Assembly: GCA_030141605.1 (NCBI GenBank)
Contig: JAQGDQ010000306.1
Coordinates: forward strand, 1-64,000
Source of the DNA: Tubiluchus corallicola
Lineage: Eukaryota > Animalia > Priapulida
Length of the DNA stretch: 64,000 nucleotides
Direction of reading: 5' to 3'
Positions 28,782-42,671 of the stretch are shown here, in pieces (the stretch's first letter is position 1; the number at the start of each line of letters is the position of its first letter). The notes beneath the pieces are model-generated. The model was not told the DNA's origin, did not search any database, and was given only the letters and a program-made list of their open reading frames with translations. The position numbers were made by a program, and so were the translations under genes.

Positions 28782-29024
28782 GTGGTTTTTCACTTACCCA
28801 GTTCGGGCTGACAACAGTGGCCACTACGTGTGCGTTACGTGAAATATATGAAATTCAGTGTTTCTGGCTACGTGAACAGAAAATGGTAAAATATCTGTGT
28901 ACTATGTGAGCCTGATATAGATTTCCACCTGGTTCCGCTTTGTTACTAATATTGGCAAGCAAATTTTACTATTGTAAACAAATCAGTCATGAAAACAAGA
29001 AATAGCGGTAACAATCAAAAGAAC

Positions 29025-29924
29025 AGTGGTAGACTCACTTTGGGACCGACGTGTTTTGATCCAATTAACCGATTGAACCCATTAACTGATGTATGTAGTA
29101 TTGCTGCTATAGAAGTACGAGTCATTAGCTTACTATGCACTGCAAAGGTTTTTAATCAATTTTAGAAACGAAATAATGCCTAAATTCCTCTGTGCAGTGT
29201 AAAAATTAGAAAAAACTATTTTGAAATATTAATTTATATAAGTGAATTAACAAGAAATTAAAAAGTACACTTTTCTAAATCACGCAACTTTGTTTATTTG
29301 CAAAAATTACAAAAATTCCTTCAAAGTTGGCTGCTTCATTTTCTCGCGAAGAAGATCTTTACGCTTATGCTCCATTTTTCAAACTTCTCAACTCTGTGCC
29401 CTTCTTTGCTGTACGATGTTTACTTTTGTAAGTCTCAAAGAATACTGGCCGATTACTGTACCTGCACCTTTGACTATTAACTCATTAAGTCGAAAAGCGT
29501 GATTTGCAACTAGAGCATCAAAGGAAACCGCTAGGCAAGTGATTAAATGTTTAACTTCCAGAAATTCTGGTAACGAGGTTAATTGCAGTGGGCGAGTGGG
29601 TAACAGATTCAAAGCAAAACCGCTAGGCTAGCGCATTAGCGCATGATAACGTACCTGTTACAAACAAAACGGTACTTAACATGATTGTTTCTACATATAT
29701 AATGCACAAAAGGGAAGTAAAGATGACATAAAAGTAGGAAAGACTGTTTGTGCACATACAAATGTCTTATTTTAAGTACGTGAAGGAAAAATATTGAGTC
29801 AATTAAGCGAAGTTATTTGAGTCAATTACCGATAGTTTTTATGCATATTTGAATAGAAGCGGGGCCCGTTCCAGGCGTTTTTGAGTCAATTAAGCGATTG
29901 GGTCTTTTAAGCGGTGACTACTGT
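29025..29924. mobile_element. pogo/Tigger-like non-autonomous element
   Basis: Left CAGTGGTAGACTC...TCCAATTAACCGATTG; right GTCAATTAAGCG repeats ending GCGGTGACTACTG-TA. Confidence 0.5.
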
Positions 29925-30819
29925 AATAGGGAAACCTGCTGTACAAAAGATTTACCTGCACTATAATGTACCCTCATTTAATAACTCTATGTTGCTTATG
30001 AGTTTTCGCATTTCGGTTGCTTTGGAATCAGCCAGACTGCATTGCTGGCTTCAACATTAAAGTTGGAAAAATTTTACAGCATTAAAGGTCACATTTAATA
30101 TAATTTATTTTATATAACACAAAATATAAACTACAATTAAGCTAAGAAATATTATTTGTTACACTGAAAGATAATCATCAAAACGTTCACGTATTTTTGC
30201 TGTTGTTCGAAGTTTTCGTCAAGCTAATTTCTACCAAGCATATTTTTAATGTTAATGCTTGACTGTATAATGCTACAATTTATAAAATTAATTTTTGACT
30301 AATCTGCCATGAAACTAGTTTGCTTTATAAACAGCAAGCTATTATTTACGAAGTTTGCAGCATGTTTATCAGGTTTACAAAATACATAATTTGCAAAACT
30401 AATTAACAGGTCTAGACTACGATTGCTTGGTAGCTCATATTTAGTAAGTGCTATAAACAAAAATGGGCGATTGGCTACCATAATGGATTATATCCGGTAA
30501 TGCAGAAAAAATGTCCCGAAGTTTCGACTGCAACAATGTTATAAGCAAGTGCTCTACAAAGTTAAAATTTTACAGCAGTATGTTACAATTCATTAGCTTT
30601 TCAATGTGACAATTTTCTAGTTTTACTAGTTTTTAACTTTGACATATTAAATATTTAAATGCCAAAACAATGTGAAACAATGCCAAAATTTAGCCACAGT
30701 AATCATCATTTAAAAATAGACATCAGATATATAAAGCACTCAGTACAAGACAGCATACATTAAACAAATCATCCAGTTTATATCATGGTCTTCGCAGCAA
30801 AAAAGTGCTTACAAAATTT

Positions 30820-31030
30820 GTTGCCAAAAATGGGACTTAAGACTCTGGACTACGTGTTTGGTATTTCCTTAAGGAGAAGGAAAAGTACAACGGCCACACG
30901 GAGCCGTTTGATGCAGAGGAACTAATTTTCGAGTGCTGAGGCCAAATACCCTTAAAGAAGTGAGAAACTAAATCAGCGGTTGATAACAATGCGTTCGTCT
31001 GTTTGCATTGAAAATGGACAGGTACTTGCT
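30820..31030 (+). mobile_element. Degraded Tc1/mariner transposase C-terminal fragment
   Basis: LDY/VWYFLKEK..YNGHTEPFDAEEL..CIENG across frameshifts; same family as 2930-3240. Confidence 0.6.
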
Positions 31031-31732
31031 GTAATTTTGACGATAGCGACACAAAAATGATTTCCTGCATTTATTTTTTGACTTGTTGTTTTAAAGGTTC
31101 TTTTTCAATTTTTGCTGTTTGTACGTAAGACTGTAACAATTCACTGTGATAATTATCAGGCGGTTCCGTTATTTTCTTCTTGTAATATCGCGAACAAAAC
31201 TTTGGTAAATTTTTTTGCACTGCCTGATATGAGGATGTTGCAGACAAAAATTATTGTAATTATTACCCGTAAAAAGAACGGCGTAATTCGTAAGCTACTG
31301 CGAAGCCAAGCTTCGCAGAATACCTTGTTTAATTGTTAGGCAATAGATGTCGCAAGCAGCAGGTAAATACTCAAATTTCGGGACAGTACCAGCGGTTCAC
31401 TAATTCTAAACTGCTCTGGCTCACGTTAGGACGACGATTTAGTGTAATTAAAAAGCAATTATTGCGCTCGCTATCTCTCCTCGCTGAACATTATCCGTCG
31501 CATAGATAAAATGATAAAATTGTTGAGTATTATGTTGATAACGCTATGAGTTATCAAAAAAATTATCAAAATCCTCTAGATTTAAATACAAATTATGTTT
31601 CCACAAAATGGTTGAACAGTGCAGCGTGAGCAAACTGTGCAGGTCCAAAAACAAACATTTTTAACGACATTATAAAATGAATTTGGCATTTTATAAATTA
31701 CGCTATTGTGACTATGTTACAATATTCACATA

Positions 31733-31864
31733 TCAACTAGTAAATCCTTCTTGTAAGTACTTCAGGCAAAATGTAAACAGTTTATCGAAGCTTTGTTCCA
31801 CTTGATCGTTATAGCGATCTTCAAATGTCATCTTTGCAGAATAAATGAATGCGTCTCTCATTTT
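31733..31864 (-). CDS. Globin, terminal exon (G7 to C-terminus): KMRDAFIYSAKMTFEDRYNDQVEQSFDKLFTFCLKYLQEGFTS*
   Basis: TTACAG acceptor (CAG at 31865-31867), phase 0 matching the exon-2 donor; 44 codons ending TGA; G/H-helix pattern with T(L/F)xDRY..EG(F/Y) seen in invertebrate globins; absent from the ORF track. Confidence 0.88.
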   Translation of the reverse strand, partial: KMRDAFIYSAKMTFEDRYNDQVEQSFDKLFTFCLKYLQEGFTS

Positions 31865-32124
31865 CTGTAAGTAAAAAAGATAACCAATTTACTCACCAAC
31901 GGTTTAACAACTAAAGCACTGATTGACTTGTTAAAATGGATTATATAATTCACTGTGCATTCACTGTACATTCATCTTGCCATGTTAAACGTTCATGGGA
32001 TCAAACTTCTCAGGACGATAACTACGCTGTTGGCGTACGCAGGTCACATTGGCACAGTAGTAAAAAGATTGTGCGTATTGGATATAATGACTTCTGACAG
32101 GTGAATTGTTAATTGTATATTAAA

Positions 32125-32329
32125 ATCATTAAAGAACTGTTAATTTATGTTTGCAGCACTGATTTTACAGGTAGTTTTATTAAGTGACGGTGACAATGAC
32201 GAGATAATATGAATAATAGAAGAGAGCCTGACACACTCTCTCCTATGTTTCTAGCATTTGTCACTGTCAGTTAATACAACTACCTGTAAAATAAGTGCTG
32301 CAAACATAAATTAACAGTTCTTTAATGAT
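32125..32329. repeat. ~205-bp foldback (MITE-like palindrome) in globin intron 2
   Basis: ATCATTAAAGAACTGTTAATTTATGTTTGCAGCACT...AGTGCTGCAAACATAAATTAACAGTTCTTTAATGAT; arms ~70 bp with few mismatches. Confidence 0.85.
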
Positions 32330-32399
32330 GTTACAAACACACACTTGATTAAAACTTGAATGACATCTAACAATGTAATGGATGGCCAGCTATAAGGGA

Positions 32400-32930
32400 T
32401 GAACTTCAGATTGTTTTGTCCACTGGAAGATGCGATGGGCTACTGATTAAAACATCTGCAATGTAACCAGAATGTTTCTAGTTCTACTAACGTTGGCTGA
32501 CTATTCAAATTTGGTTTAAGTGAGAAAGACTTTAGTTACTGCAAACCTAGTTGTTGCGGAACTAGAGGTAAATGTATACCAATATCACAGTGTTGGGAGC
32601 TAGTAGATTTTTATGGTGGGTGTGCAACTCTTTACCTCCAACTCATCCACAAATCTGACCAACCTGTCGCGTCATCTTTTATTCATAATAAAAGGGTTGT
32701 GCAACATACGTGGGCGGTTGTTGTCCTACAATTTTCCAGAGGGCAACAAGGCATATGAACCAAAAATGTCTTTAGAGACGTTGCAATGTCGAAGGGCTCA
32801 CTTGAAAAACCAGCGGGTCTAAGGCTTGATGTGACGTTTTACAAGGGTCTACTTAGGCATTATGGTTTTTGATGTTGACCATGACATACATGGATTTCAA
32901 ATATTCCAACAACAAAATCTCATACGAAAT
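32400..32930 (-). mobile_element. Highly degraded LINE reverse-transcriptase fragment (L2/CR1 group?)
   Basis: Broken frames EILLLEYLKS...PPTYVAQPFYY...QVGQICG loosely follow an RT core; many stops. Confidence 0.3.
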
Positions 32931-33804
32931 GGAGGAAAAGATTATGATTATTTTTACTATTGTTATTTACTTTTTAGTCCGTTTAGATAAATCAGAACAG
33001 GTCATATTATCACAACTATCAATAACAGTTTCGCAAAAAAGGCAGTTAACAATGACAAAAACGAGAAAGTAAAAAGAAAAACAAGATGTCTACTTATCAG
33101 TTAACCCTTCCCCTGAGAGGATAAGGACATGGGAGAGGAGTCAGCGGACGTAGCTCACCGCAGTCAGTCACAGCAACAGATCAACGACTTCAAGTCTATG
33201 GCGATAACAATCAACGGTGATGGCGCCGGCTTCAGCAACTAATCAAACATGAACGAAGGAACGGCTCACAAGTCTTTGTGGTTGACTCAGGATACATCCA
33301 CAATGTCTGGACACTGGCGGCTAGTCACGCCTTTCCATGTAGTTTAGAATTAGGCGCATCGTAGAGAGTTTCAACATCTCTTCATTGTGAATAAAGCTCC
33401 ATCCACAACATCAAAACTGAAGTAGTCCAGTATAACCACTGATAGTCTCTTTATGTTAGACCAGTCAAACAGCAGATGTGCACAAGTTCAGAGAATCTTA
33501 TAACCAAGTTTAGGATTTTAACCATCTTTTGTAAAGTAAAGTTAAAGTTAAAAATTTAAAGCATTTTCTCTGCTTTAAGATTCAGCAGTCCACTGTACTA
33601 TCCTGGATATCGGTGTCATGCACTTTCCAAGATCATGTTATGCATGGATAGGTTATAGCACATTATGAAAGGAGGGGTGATAGGTAGGAAGCCCTTCCCA
33701 CAGACTATACTACAGCAATATCTAGTTAACTATGTGTAAGAACCTTACACACAGTCATCTATCTCTACTGACGCCTAACGAGCGCGAAAACGTTTAAATA
33801 GCCA

Positions 33805-33820
33805 GCAACAGATGGCGCTA
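33805..33820 (+). promoter_or_regulatory. CTCF-like motif in globin intron 2
   Basis: GCAACAGATGGCGCTA resembles the CTCF core (CASYAGRKGGCGC); motif match only. Confidence 0.25.
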
Positions 33821-34477
33821 CCGCCTTGGTTTCCATCAGTCGTTTGGGTTTTTGAAAACAATAACAGTTTTGTCTTGCAAGGCGGAAATTCTTGAAGTCA
33901 TAATACAATGTACCATTAATAAAAAATTACAACCAAAAGAAATTAAAGAAAAGACGCGATGAATTATCAGTCTACCATATCAGGTAAAGAAAAAAACGCA
34001 AAAAATGACCGGAAATGACTGTATAATGTATTTCGTGTACTGAAAACTCAAGAAATACTCTGTGCCTTTTCTGTAACACTATTCGTTCGCATTGTGGCAT
34101 TACCTGCGGTTCCCAGTGAATGTTTTTAATAATACACATTCCAAAAAATTATCATCTACTTGCTTAGATTGTTTAGAAATACCGTAGTTTAGATTGCACT
34201 GACGCATTTGCCTTTAGCAGTGTAAGCTTATCAATGTATGTATTTTAATGGTAAATAAAGATTATTATATATATAGTTACAGTTTGTGTTACTTTTCCTT
34301 CTTTTCCACCCGAAGATCGTTCACAGTGGTGGACAGATACGTCATTTCTTTGTGTTTTCTTTATTGAAGTTTTTTTTTTGTTAATTAATACGTTTTATTT
34401 TGTGTGAATGTGTGACTTAATTAAGAAAACACTTTCAACAAGTTATATATATTTTCTCTGCTGTTTCATATACGTAC

Positions 34478-34709
34478 CACAAACGAGTCTGGTGTGAGAC
34501 CATCTAGTTTAGAATGCATCTTTCCTACCGACTGCAAATGAGCGATTGCACTGTCTATATCATCAAAATTATTAATCACTTTATCTATTGACATGAGCAC
34601 AGATTGACCTAAATTGTCTAATTCTTCGCTGGTTCTCCATGCTGCTTCATCATCACCAAAGCTCGCAAATAACTTCAGCTTTGTAAACTCTGGGTTGTCT
34701 AACATCAAC
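34478..34709 (-). CDS. Globin, central exon (B12 to G6): (x)LMLDNPEFTKLKLFASFGDDEAAWRTSEELDNLGQSVLMSIDKVINNFDDIDSAIAHLQSVGKMHSKLDGLTPDSFV
   Basis: T-rich CAG acceptor (34710-34712, phase 2) and GTACGT donor (phase 0), i.e. canonical B12.2/G7.0 globin introns; Pro C2, Phe near CD1, proximal His in VGKMH (34514-34516). Confidence 0.92.
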
Positions 34710-34784
34710 CTGCAAAAAAAGTCATCATTTAGATGACCAAAAGATAGGCCTACTACAATTTACTCTCTAAGTGGCGGTTACGGT

Positions 34785-35763
<979 letters not shown>

Positions 35764-36224
35764 AGTAGTAGTGGAGTAGTAATTGTAGTGGTGGTGGGGG
35801 TGGTGACATTTAATACTGTAAATTTTGTTACAACAGTACGCAAAAATGTACAGTTGACACTACATAGGCCTACTATGTCCGCATTTTACACAAATAGACT
35901 CAAAATCTCGAACAGAAACTTTCCACAGGTGAATGGATCAATATCTCGTAAATCATGTACATTATTTAAATTTAGCTTTTATGTTTCTCCCACACCTTCC
36001 GTTAATTTACAAACAATAAAACGTGCTCCTCGTCTTCACTGCGTTAGCCCCAGGAGCATAATTTTTGATCACACAAGATAGGTTTATGCCAGCATTCTGT
36101 CTCAAATATTTTTACTTGGCTTTCTCTTCTAATTATATTTCAGGCTTTCCATTGAACAATAATCAAAACAACGTTTGAATACTCTAAAATAAGACCTACT
36201 TGGCAGAGTGCCTTGTTCATGTAG
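35764..36224 (-). repeat. ~460-bp unclassified dispersed repeat, copy 2 (inverted relative to 4176-4636)
   Basis: Near-identical reverse complement of copy 1; the ORF track gives the same 97-aa spurious ORF for both copies. Confidence 0.9.
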
Positions 36225-37859
36225 GCATTGGTACGTAGAGACTCCATGAACGAAACTTTTGGTTCATGTAGTCAGTTCGTCTTTTAAGAATTGGTATGTT
36301 TCAATTTTGGCATGTCAGCTCCAGCATAACACAATTCGTTTGAAGTTTGTAATTATACTGCAGAGAAAAGCTTTCGGTAATCTATTGTACAACATTTGTA
36401 AGCATTTAAATTCACTTGTCGGTTTTTCAAGTTTCAAGTCTTTAATTCCATATAACAAGAAACGTTTTACGCAAGCCTGCTTCTGCTTTTTTGAACAAGA
36501 ATGTCATAATTACGAACTGTAAATTTTAGCATTTGATTTTTCTTAAATAGAAATTTCATAGGTTATATCGTAGATATAATGCACCAGGAGACACTTTACT
36601 TGTTATAGCTATGCATTTATTCAAAAACACCGAAGTAGAAGGTTTCATGTAAATGTACATCCAGAAAAAGGCGTTCACCACATCTTTCAAATCCCAAGGA
36701 ACGCTTGTTAATAAAATTTAGTCTAACTGACAGATTATTTTTGCACCGGATGCAGGTACGGCGCCGTTGCATTCAACTGGTGCAGAATTTTTTTTTCTTA
36801 GAACGTCAAACAAGAGGACAGCATCGTTGAAATAGATATACCTACTGCAAGTGATCGATTCTACCAAAAATAGCAGCCTCAGAATGTAAGACATTTTGTC
36901 GCTCACATGACTTGCACTGTCCTTCGAATCACATTTTTGTACCATTTTTGAGTTACAGCGTCATACTAGTTCTAGATGAAGAGATTTTACAGTGCGTGCT
37001 GACGGTTGTGAAATACATGTAGGCAATGACAAACAAAATCAAAACTTAGTTAATAATTTGTTGCATTTTTGAATTGAATATTCAAAAAATTTATATGCAA
37101 ACAAAGAGCATGTCACTAGTTACAAAAATAACCATTTATAATTCAAAGCAGCAGAGCCGTATGGTTGCAATCCGCACTTCCCTCCTTTTCAGAATTGCTC
37201 ATTCTACAATGTTATTATTGATGTCGCGTGCATTACGTGCTTTTCAGTTCATCCTTTGAGAAATAGTTTATATGTGTACTGATGTGCGACGCGAAGTAAT
37301 GAATACAGTAATGATTCAAAATTCATATGCATTTCTTGCCGCTGAAAGCTACATCCCATTTTTGTAGGCTACATCAGCATGCAGTTGAACTGCATTTTCA
37401 TAATTCATTTGTTTGGATTTTCAAATCAAGTTGCAGATAGGCCTATACATACAATTTCATTATTTATAATATCTTCGTTGTCTTAAGACGATTAATGGTG
37501 GACTGAAGCAGCATTAAAATAATTTATTAAACTCTTGAAACCAAGCTTGACCAAAAGGAGCCAAGACTGAATTTGAACCAACAATAATGAATGAATTCAC
37601 GCGAGGAGCGCAACGCCGTGACCCTGTCCACACTTGATGGCTAGTATCCTTGACTCTTTGACAGAGGCCGTTGTTCAGCACAACACTTTCAAGCCTCTAT
37701 TCCAGGTGTTTTCCCTCCAAATTTCCCGTGTATAGTATTGTATAGTATAGCCTCCTGTATATAGAAATACGTTTTCTATATATTTAATTTCTATTACATT
37801 AGCATTTGAGAAGTACCCAGCCGTAACTATTTAAGTTGTGCACAACGTGCTATTGAACT

Positions 37860-37990
37860 TAGGTCCTTCCCTCCTTGCAAGTTACGAACAAATTTAAGAA
37901 GATTTTTGCGAAGACAGGCTTAGTGAATCCGTTCGTACGCACCGACTTACGAAGAAAATCGTTCGTAAAGACTTTAGTGAAACTGGCCCC
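37860..37990. mobile_element. Partial PIF/Harbinger-like MITE end
   Basis: Ends CTTTAGTGAAACTGGCCCC; internal CTTACGAA/TTCGTA repeats; other terminus not found. Confidence 0.35.
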
Positions 37991-39612
37991 AGTTGGATTG
38001 CATATACATCGGCATTATTTCATGCGACACGCTTTGTTTTGATCATGGCTAGTCTCAGTTCAATCCTAACAGCTGACCAAACCAGTCTAAAATTTCCGCA
38101 TTAATTGATTGAGTTCTGTACGTGAGTTGAGCAACAGGCTATTTATCATACCTTTAGAAGTACTGAAACGGCTCATTATAATTACATAACAACGAATTAC
38201 ATTAGACAATTAAAAAACCAACCGCAAACCATTTGTTATTCGTCTGAAACTGTTCAAAATATTAAAAACAAGCAATGTCGCGACTCAGCTAACAAAGGTT
38301 GTTGGCTATTGGTTTTTAGCATTAAAATTATTCCATTAAGATTTGCATAGCTGGTGCTTGCAGTTTGCAGAAAAATTATAATCTATGGTTCCTTGTTGTT
38401 CATCGTTTCTTAAAAATATTGAAATTGCTTAATATCAATTTTCCAATATAGTAGGTCACGATAATGGAAAAAATGCCATGCACAAAAATTGCAAGAAAAC
38501 GTTTTTGTTTCGTTTTTTGTAGTATTTAGTCCAGCGAATAACATAGTAGGCCGAAATTTGAGCGCTATATTTGACCAAAATAAACAGGTATTTAGTCTAA
38601 TAAGATGGTGAAAAAATGTTCGCTTTGATTCAAAAGCATGAAACTTTACATAGTACGAGTTCATTAAATGATTAAATTTTTATTATGTAGTCAATCGAAA
38701 GTCGTTCAGTGTGGCTGCAAGTTTCGTGATGGCCGACAAAATGGCTGTTACTAACTCATAAAGCCCACATTTTTGGAATCGTGAACAAAGTCTACCTGTT
38801 TTGTCAACTAACATGCACGTACTGTTACAACGTAACAAGGTTATGTTTAAATGCTGGTATGGTTTCTCAAAAGAATACCATAATATTATATTATTACACA
38901 TACAATATTATATAATGCGTTGGGTTCATTGCTACACTCTGCATAACTTCTAGAAAAAGCAAATACCTTAAGTATATAGCTTTTCGTGAATTTGCGAATG
39001 CCGTAGGTCCTGAAAAGAATCAGTTCTACCAGAATTTACTGGTTACACCTGATTTCAGATTTTGCAGGAGAAAAAATAGCCTGTCTGCATGGTAAGAATT
39101 GAAGAGGTAACAGAAAAATTTGGTGTTTCTAAGATTTGTGCTTAAACGTTTTGCTACACTTTGGTATGAGAAAGCCAGCACATGCGTCACTGTGACAAGG
39201 CTAATAAAGACTTGCCCACAAAGAAATGTGTCATTGGGTGCAGTGTTGGAGCATACTGAATGGGCTGAGCATCAAGCAGAACTGTTGGGACCAGGCACTG
39301 ATCATGCCCTAAATTTTACTATCACTATTTGACTCAGGCTGGAAAAGTTTTACTGAACTGAGAAGAAAATCACACTGGATTTTGTATTCTAAGGCACCAA
39401 AAGAGTGTCAATAACTTTTTACTATAAAATTAATAAATAGGTTTTAATAAAACGAAAGGGTGTAAACTCGTACAATCACAGAAACATGCTGATGTTATTG
39501 CATTTCTGGCTATGTTTTATGTGATGGGATGCATTCTTGCACCAATTGCACAAAAAATGATGCTGTGTACCATCATTACAATAATCACTGCAATCATCTA
39601 TGTAGCACTATT

Positions 39613-39942
39613 GTGAGTAAATTACATAATGTTAAACTGTACTGGAACTTGAGCAAATTGCATAATGTTGGAATGTACTGGAACTTGAGCAAATTACATG
39701 TTGGAATGTAGCGAAACTTGAGCAAATTGCATAATATTGGAATGTATTGGAACTTGAGCAAATTGCATAATATTGGAATGTAGTGGAACTTGAGCAAATT
39801 GCATAATGTTGAACTGTACTGGAACTTGAACAAATTGCATAATGTTGGAATGTAGTGGAACTTGAACAAATTGCATAATGTTGGAATGTAGTGGAACTAG
39901 AGCAAATTACACAATGTTGGAATGTAGTGGAACTAGATAACA
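39613..39942. repeat. 36-bp minisatellite, ~9 copies
   Basis: Unit AAATTGCATAATGTTGGAATGTAGTGGAACTTGAGC, head-to-tail with no unique spacers. Confidence 0.95.
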
Positions 39943-41089
39943 TTTCATTTGAACATAAATATATATATACTTTGGTATAGTTTTTAGCGTGGCTTCACAA
40001 AATGTCCCACATCAAACTACTGACCCATTCTCAGTAACCACTGATGCAAGAATTTTATATAGCAATGTATAAAGTATGCAACATGTAGGTAAAAACTTAC
40101 AGAAGGACCACAAAATAGTTTGGAGAAAATAAACAGGACATCAATAAACACATTTTGGACTATTGTGAGAAGGACAGTTTTTAGGGTAGTCCGCCCTGAT
40201 GGACCAGTCACAACTTTTTTCTGCTACTGTCCGGATGATTACAATGGTGAGCAGCATAAGACTAGACCATGTAAACTTTTGAAACTTAGGTGGCTATAGC
40301 TCATCCTTATCATCCACAAATTTTCACAAACATAGTTTTTATGTGGTCCCACAAATGGGAAGTGCCGTAGGAAAGTCCGACCATTTTTGCGTAAAGGCAT
40401 AGACCTTCGAGAGAGGATGTTGTCTGGCTCTTGGACTAGAAGTAAAATTGTGACAATCGCATTTATGAAAATCAATATTGAGATGCCCGGTAATAGATGT
40501 ATAGCTTTTTATTTTCTGAATTAATTCCTTATGACAGATTCTACACTGGATTTAAATTGATAAAGATTTAATTGGCTTCCACTTGGATGACGATAAAGCA
40601 GCCCAATGGCATTCTTTTACCGGACCCGACATTTTCACAATCATTTAACTTTAACCCTTGTCTGTTATGAAACGATACTGACATGTTAATATACAAACCA
40701 ACTCTACCTAATTGAGATTTTTAATTAGAATCACTACTTATAAAATCATAATAACCATTCAGTCAGCATTATATATTATCAGTAGTATTTACTTTCGTGG
40801 CGTCTGCACATTTTCAGAAAGCCCGATAATTTTAACTGGAGAATTAAGTAAAGCTAATAAATTATTAATTGTCGTCTGTCAGCATACCGTAATATAAAAT
40901 TTGTTGGAGTCCTTGTACTACACCTGAGGTTATAAAAGTACCGTGAAAATAAATTTTATATAACCTACTCGAACAATTTATAAAGATTCATGTTACTGCA
41001 TTTGTTTCTATTTGTTATTGTTCGCGTCCTCTTTGTTTGTAAGTTTGTTCTTTGTTTGTTTCTTGCTCGCTCTTTTGTTGTGATTGATA

Positions 41090-41590
41090 CCATCACCACA
41101 ACCACTACCACCACCACCACCACCACCACCACCACCACCACCACCACCACCACCACTAACACCGCCACCAACACCAACACCACCACGATCATCATCATCA
41201 TTATTACTGTTATTGCTACATTTATCATTTTGTTGCTGTTGATGTTGTCATTGTTGCAGTCGCTGTTGTTGTTGTTGTTGTTGTTGCTGTTGCTGCTGTT
41301 ATTGCTGTTGCTGCTGTTAATATTTACAGTGAACTTCATAATTTTCATCACCATAACCATCACCACTGTTCCTGTTGTTGTTGTTGTGCCTATAAATAAC
41401 GATGGATGATTACAGTAATAGTGATGACAATAATGACAACGATGTCGATAATGATGATATTACTAAAGACAACGATGATAACAGTGATGATTGTAGCAAA
41501 GATGACACTGATTATGATGTTTACAGTGACAATGATTGTGACAATTGTAGCAAAAGCGAGAATGACAGTGATTACTACTGCATATAGTAG
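41090..41590. repeat. Mixed trinucleotide low-complexity tract (CAC/CAT/GTT/GAT)
   Basis: Direct inspection. Confidence 0.9.
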
Positions 41591-41791
41591 TTACAGCTAG
41601 CACTACACTATGTGGTACATTTAGGGTGCTTTTGATAATTCCATTGATTTAAATTCAGTCCTCATTTTATGCAAAATGCCTTAAAGGGGCTTGGCTAGCC
41701 AGAATAGATAATACTCAATTTTCAAATTTGGCAAAACTTTCTATTATTTATAACTAGCCATGCCCCATTAAAAATACTAGACGGTATAGTG

Positions 41792-41860
41792 CATTGGTTC
41801 TCAAACTGTGGGTCATGACCCCAAAAAGGGTCGTGAGCCTTTTTCTGGGGGTCACAAAGT
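41792..41860 (+). mobile_element. hAT-Charlie-like terminal fragment
   Basis: CATTGGTTCTCAAACTGTGGGTCATGACCCC resembles the CAGTGGTTCTCAAAC terminus of Charlie-type hATs. Confidence 0.5.
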
Positions 41861-42671
41861 TTTTATCAAAAAGGAAATGCATCCTTTTTTACACAAACGC
41901 ACGCACGCACATGTGCGTGCGTGCGTGCGTGTGTGTGTATGTGTGTCCATTTTTATTGAATTTGGCTTCTGCGACATATAATTAAAAAATTAAACCCCGT
42001 GCCCCTAGCGAAAATGTGGAGTAACTCTATGAGACCCAGGAGTTCAAAATGGCCGGCATTAGCCGTTTTGAAAACTATATTTTCTGTAGCTTCAACTACA
42101 CTGCTGCGTAATATATATGGCTATGTCAAGGAGTTCGTATTTGATAGCATTCTTATGAATTAACGTATTTTCGACCTTCCAATCTAATTTAAATCCAGAA
42201 TCGGACATTTTGGATTTATCTCTTGAAGTGGTTTCGCGGAGAATTTTTAAGTGATTTGGGACAATGCTGCACAGCTTATGTTTTTTAAATATTCTTGGTT
42301 GAAAAATTGGTTGAGATGCCACTATTGTTGTGTTAAGGATAAGTTATGTATTTTTTTAAATTGACAAAAGTTTGTTTCTCTCGCCCATATTATTATAATT
42401 TTTATTTATTTCAGTCGTCCAGTATTCGTTACACATTTTTTATAATTTCATTTAATGAATGCTAACAGCCGCTTATCGCTTATCGGGTTTTTCTCCGTTA
42501 CACACAACATCGATATGAGTAAAAGTAGATTTTACAAATCAAGCCCAGTTATTTAAACCCGCGTCAGCTTGATTTATTGACTCCTTCTATAAAAGAGATT
42601 CGAATAATTTTTGGCAAATTAGTACCTGATCATGACAATTTCTCCATGGAGTAAGAAATTAAATTTTGCAG

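Noticed and set aside
39613-39942. CRISPR-like array (36-bp repeats)
   Set aside because: Units are directly adjacent with no unique spacers, there are no cas genes, and the context is eukaryotic
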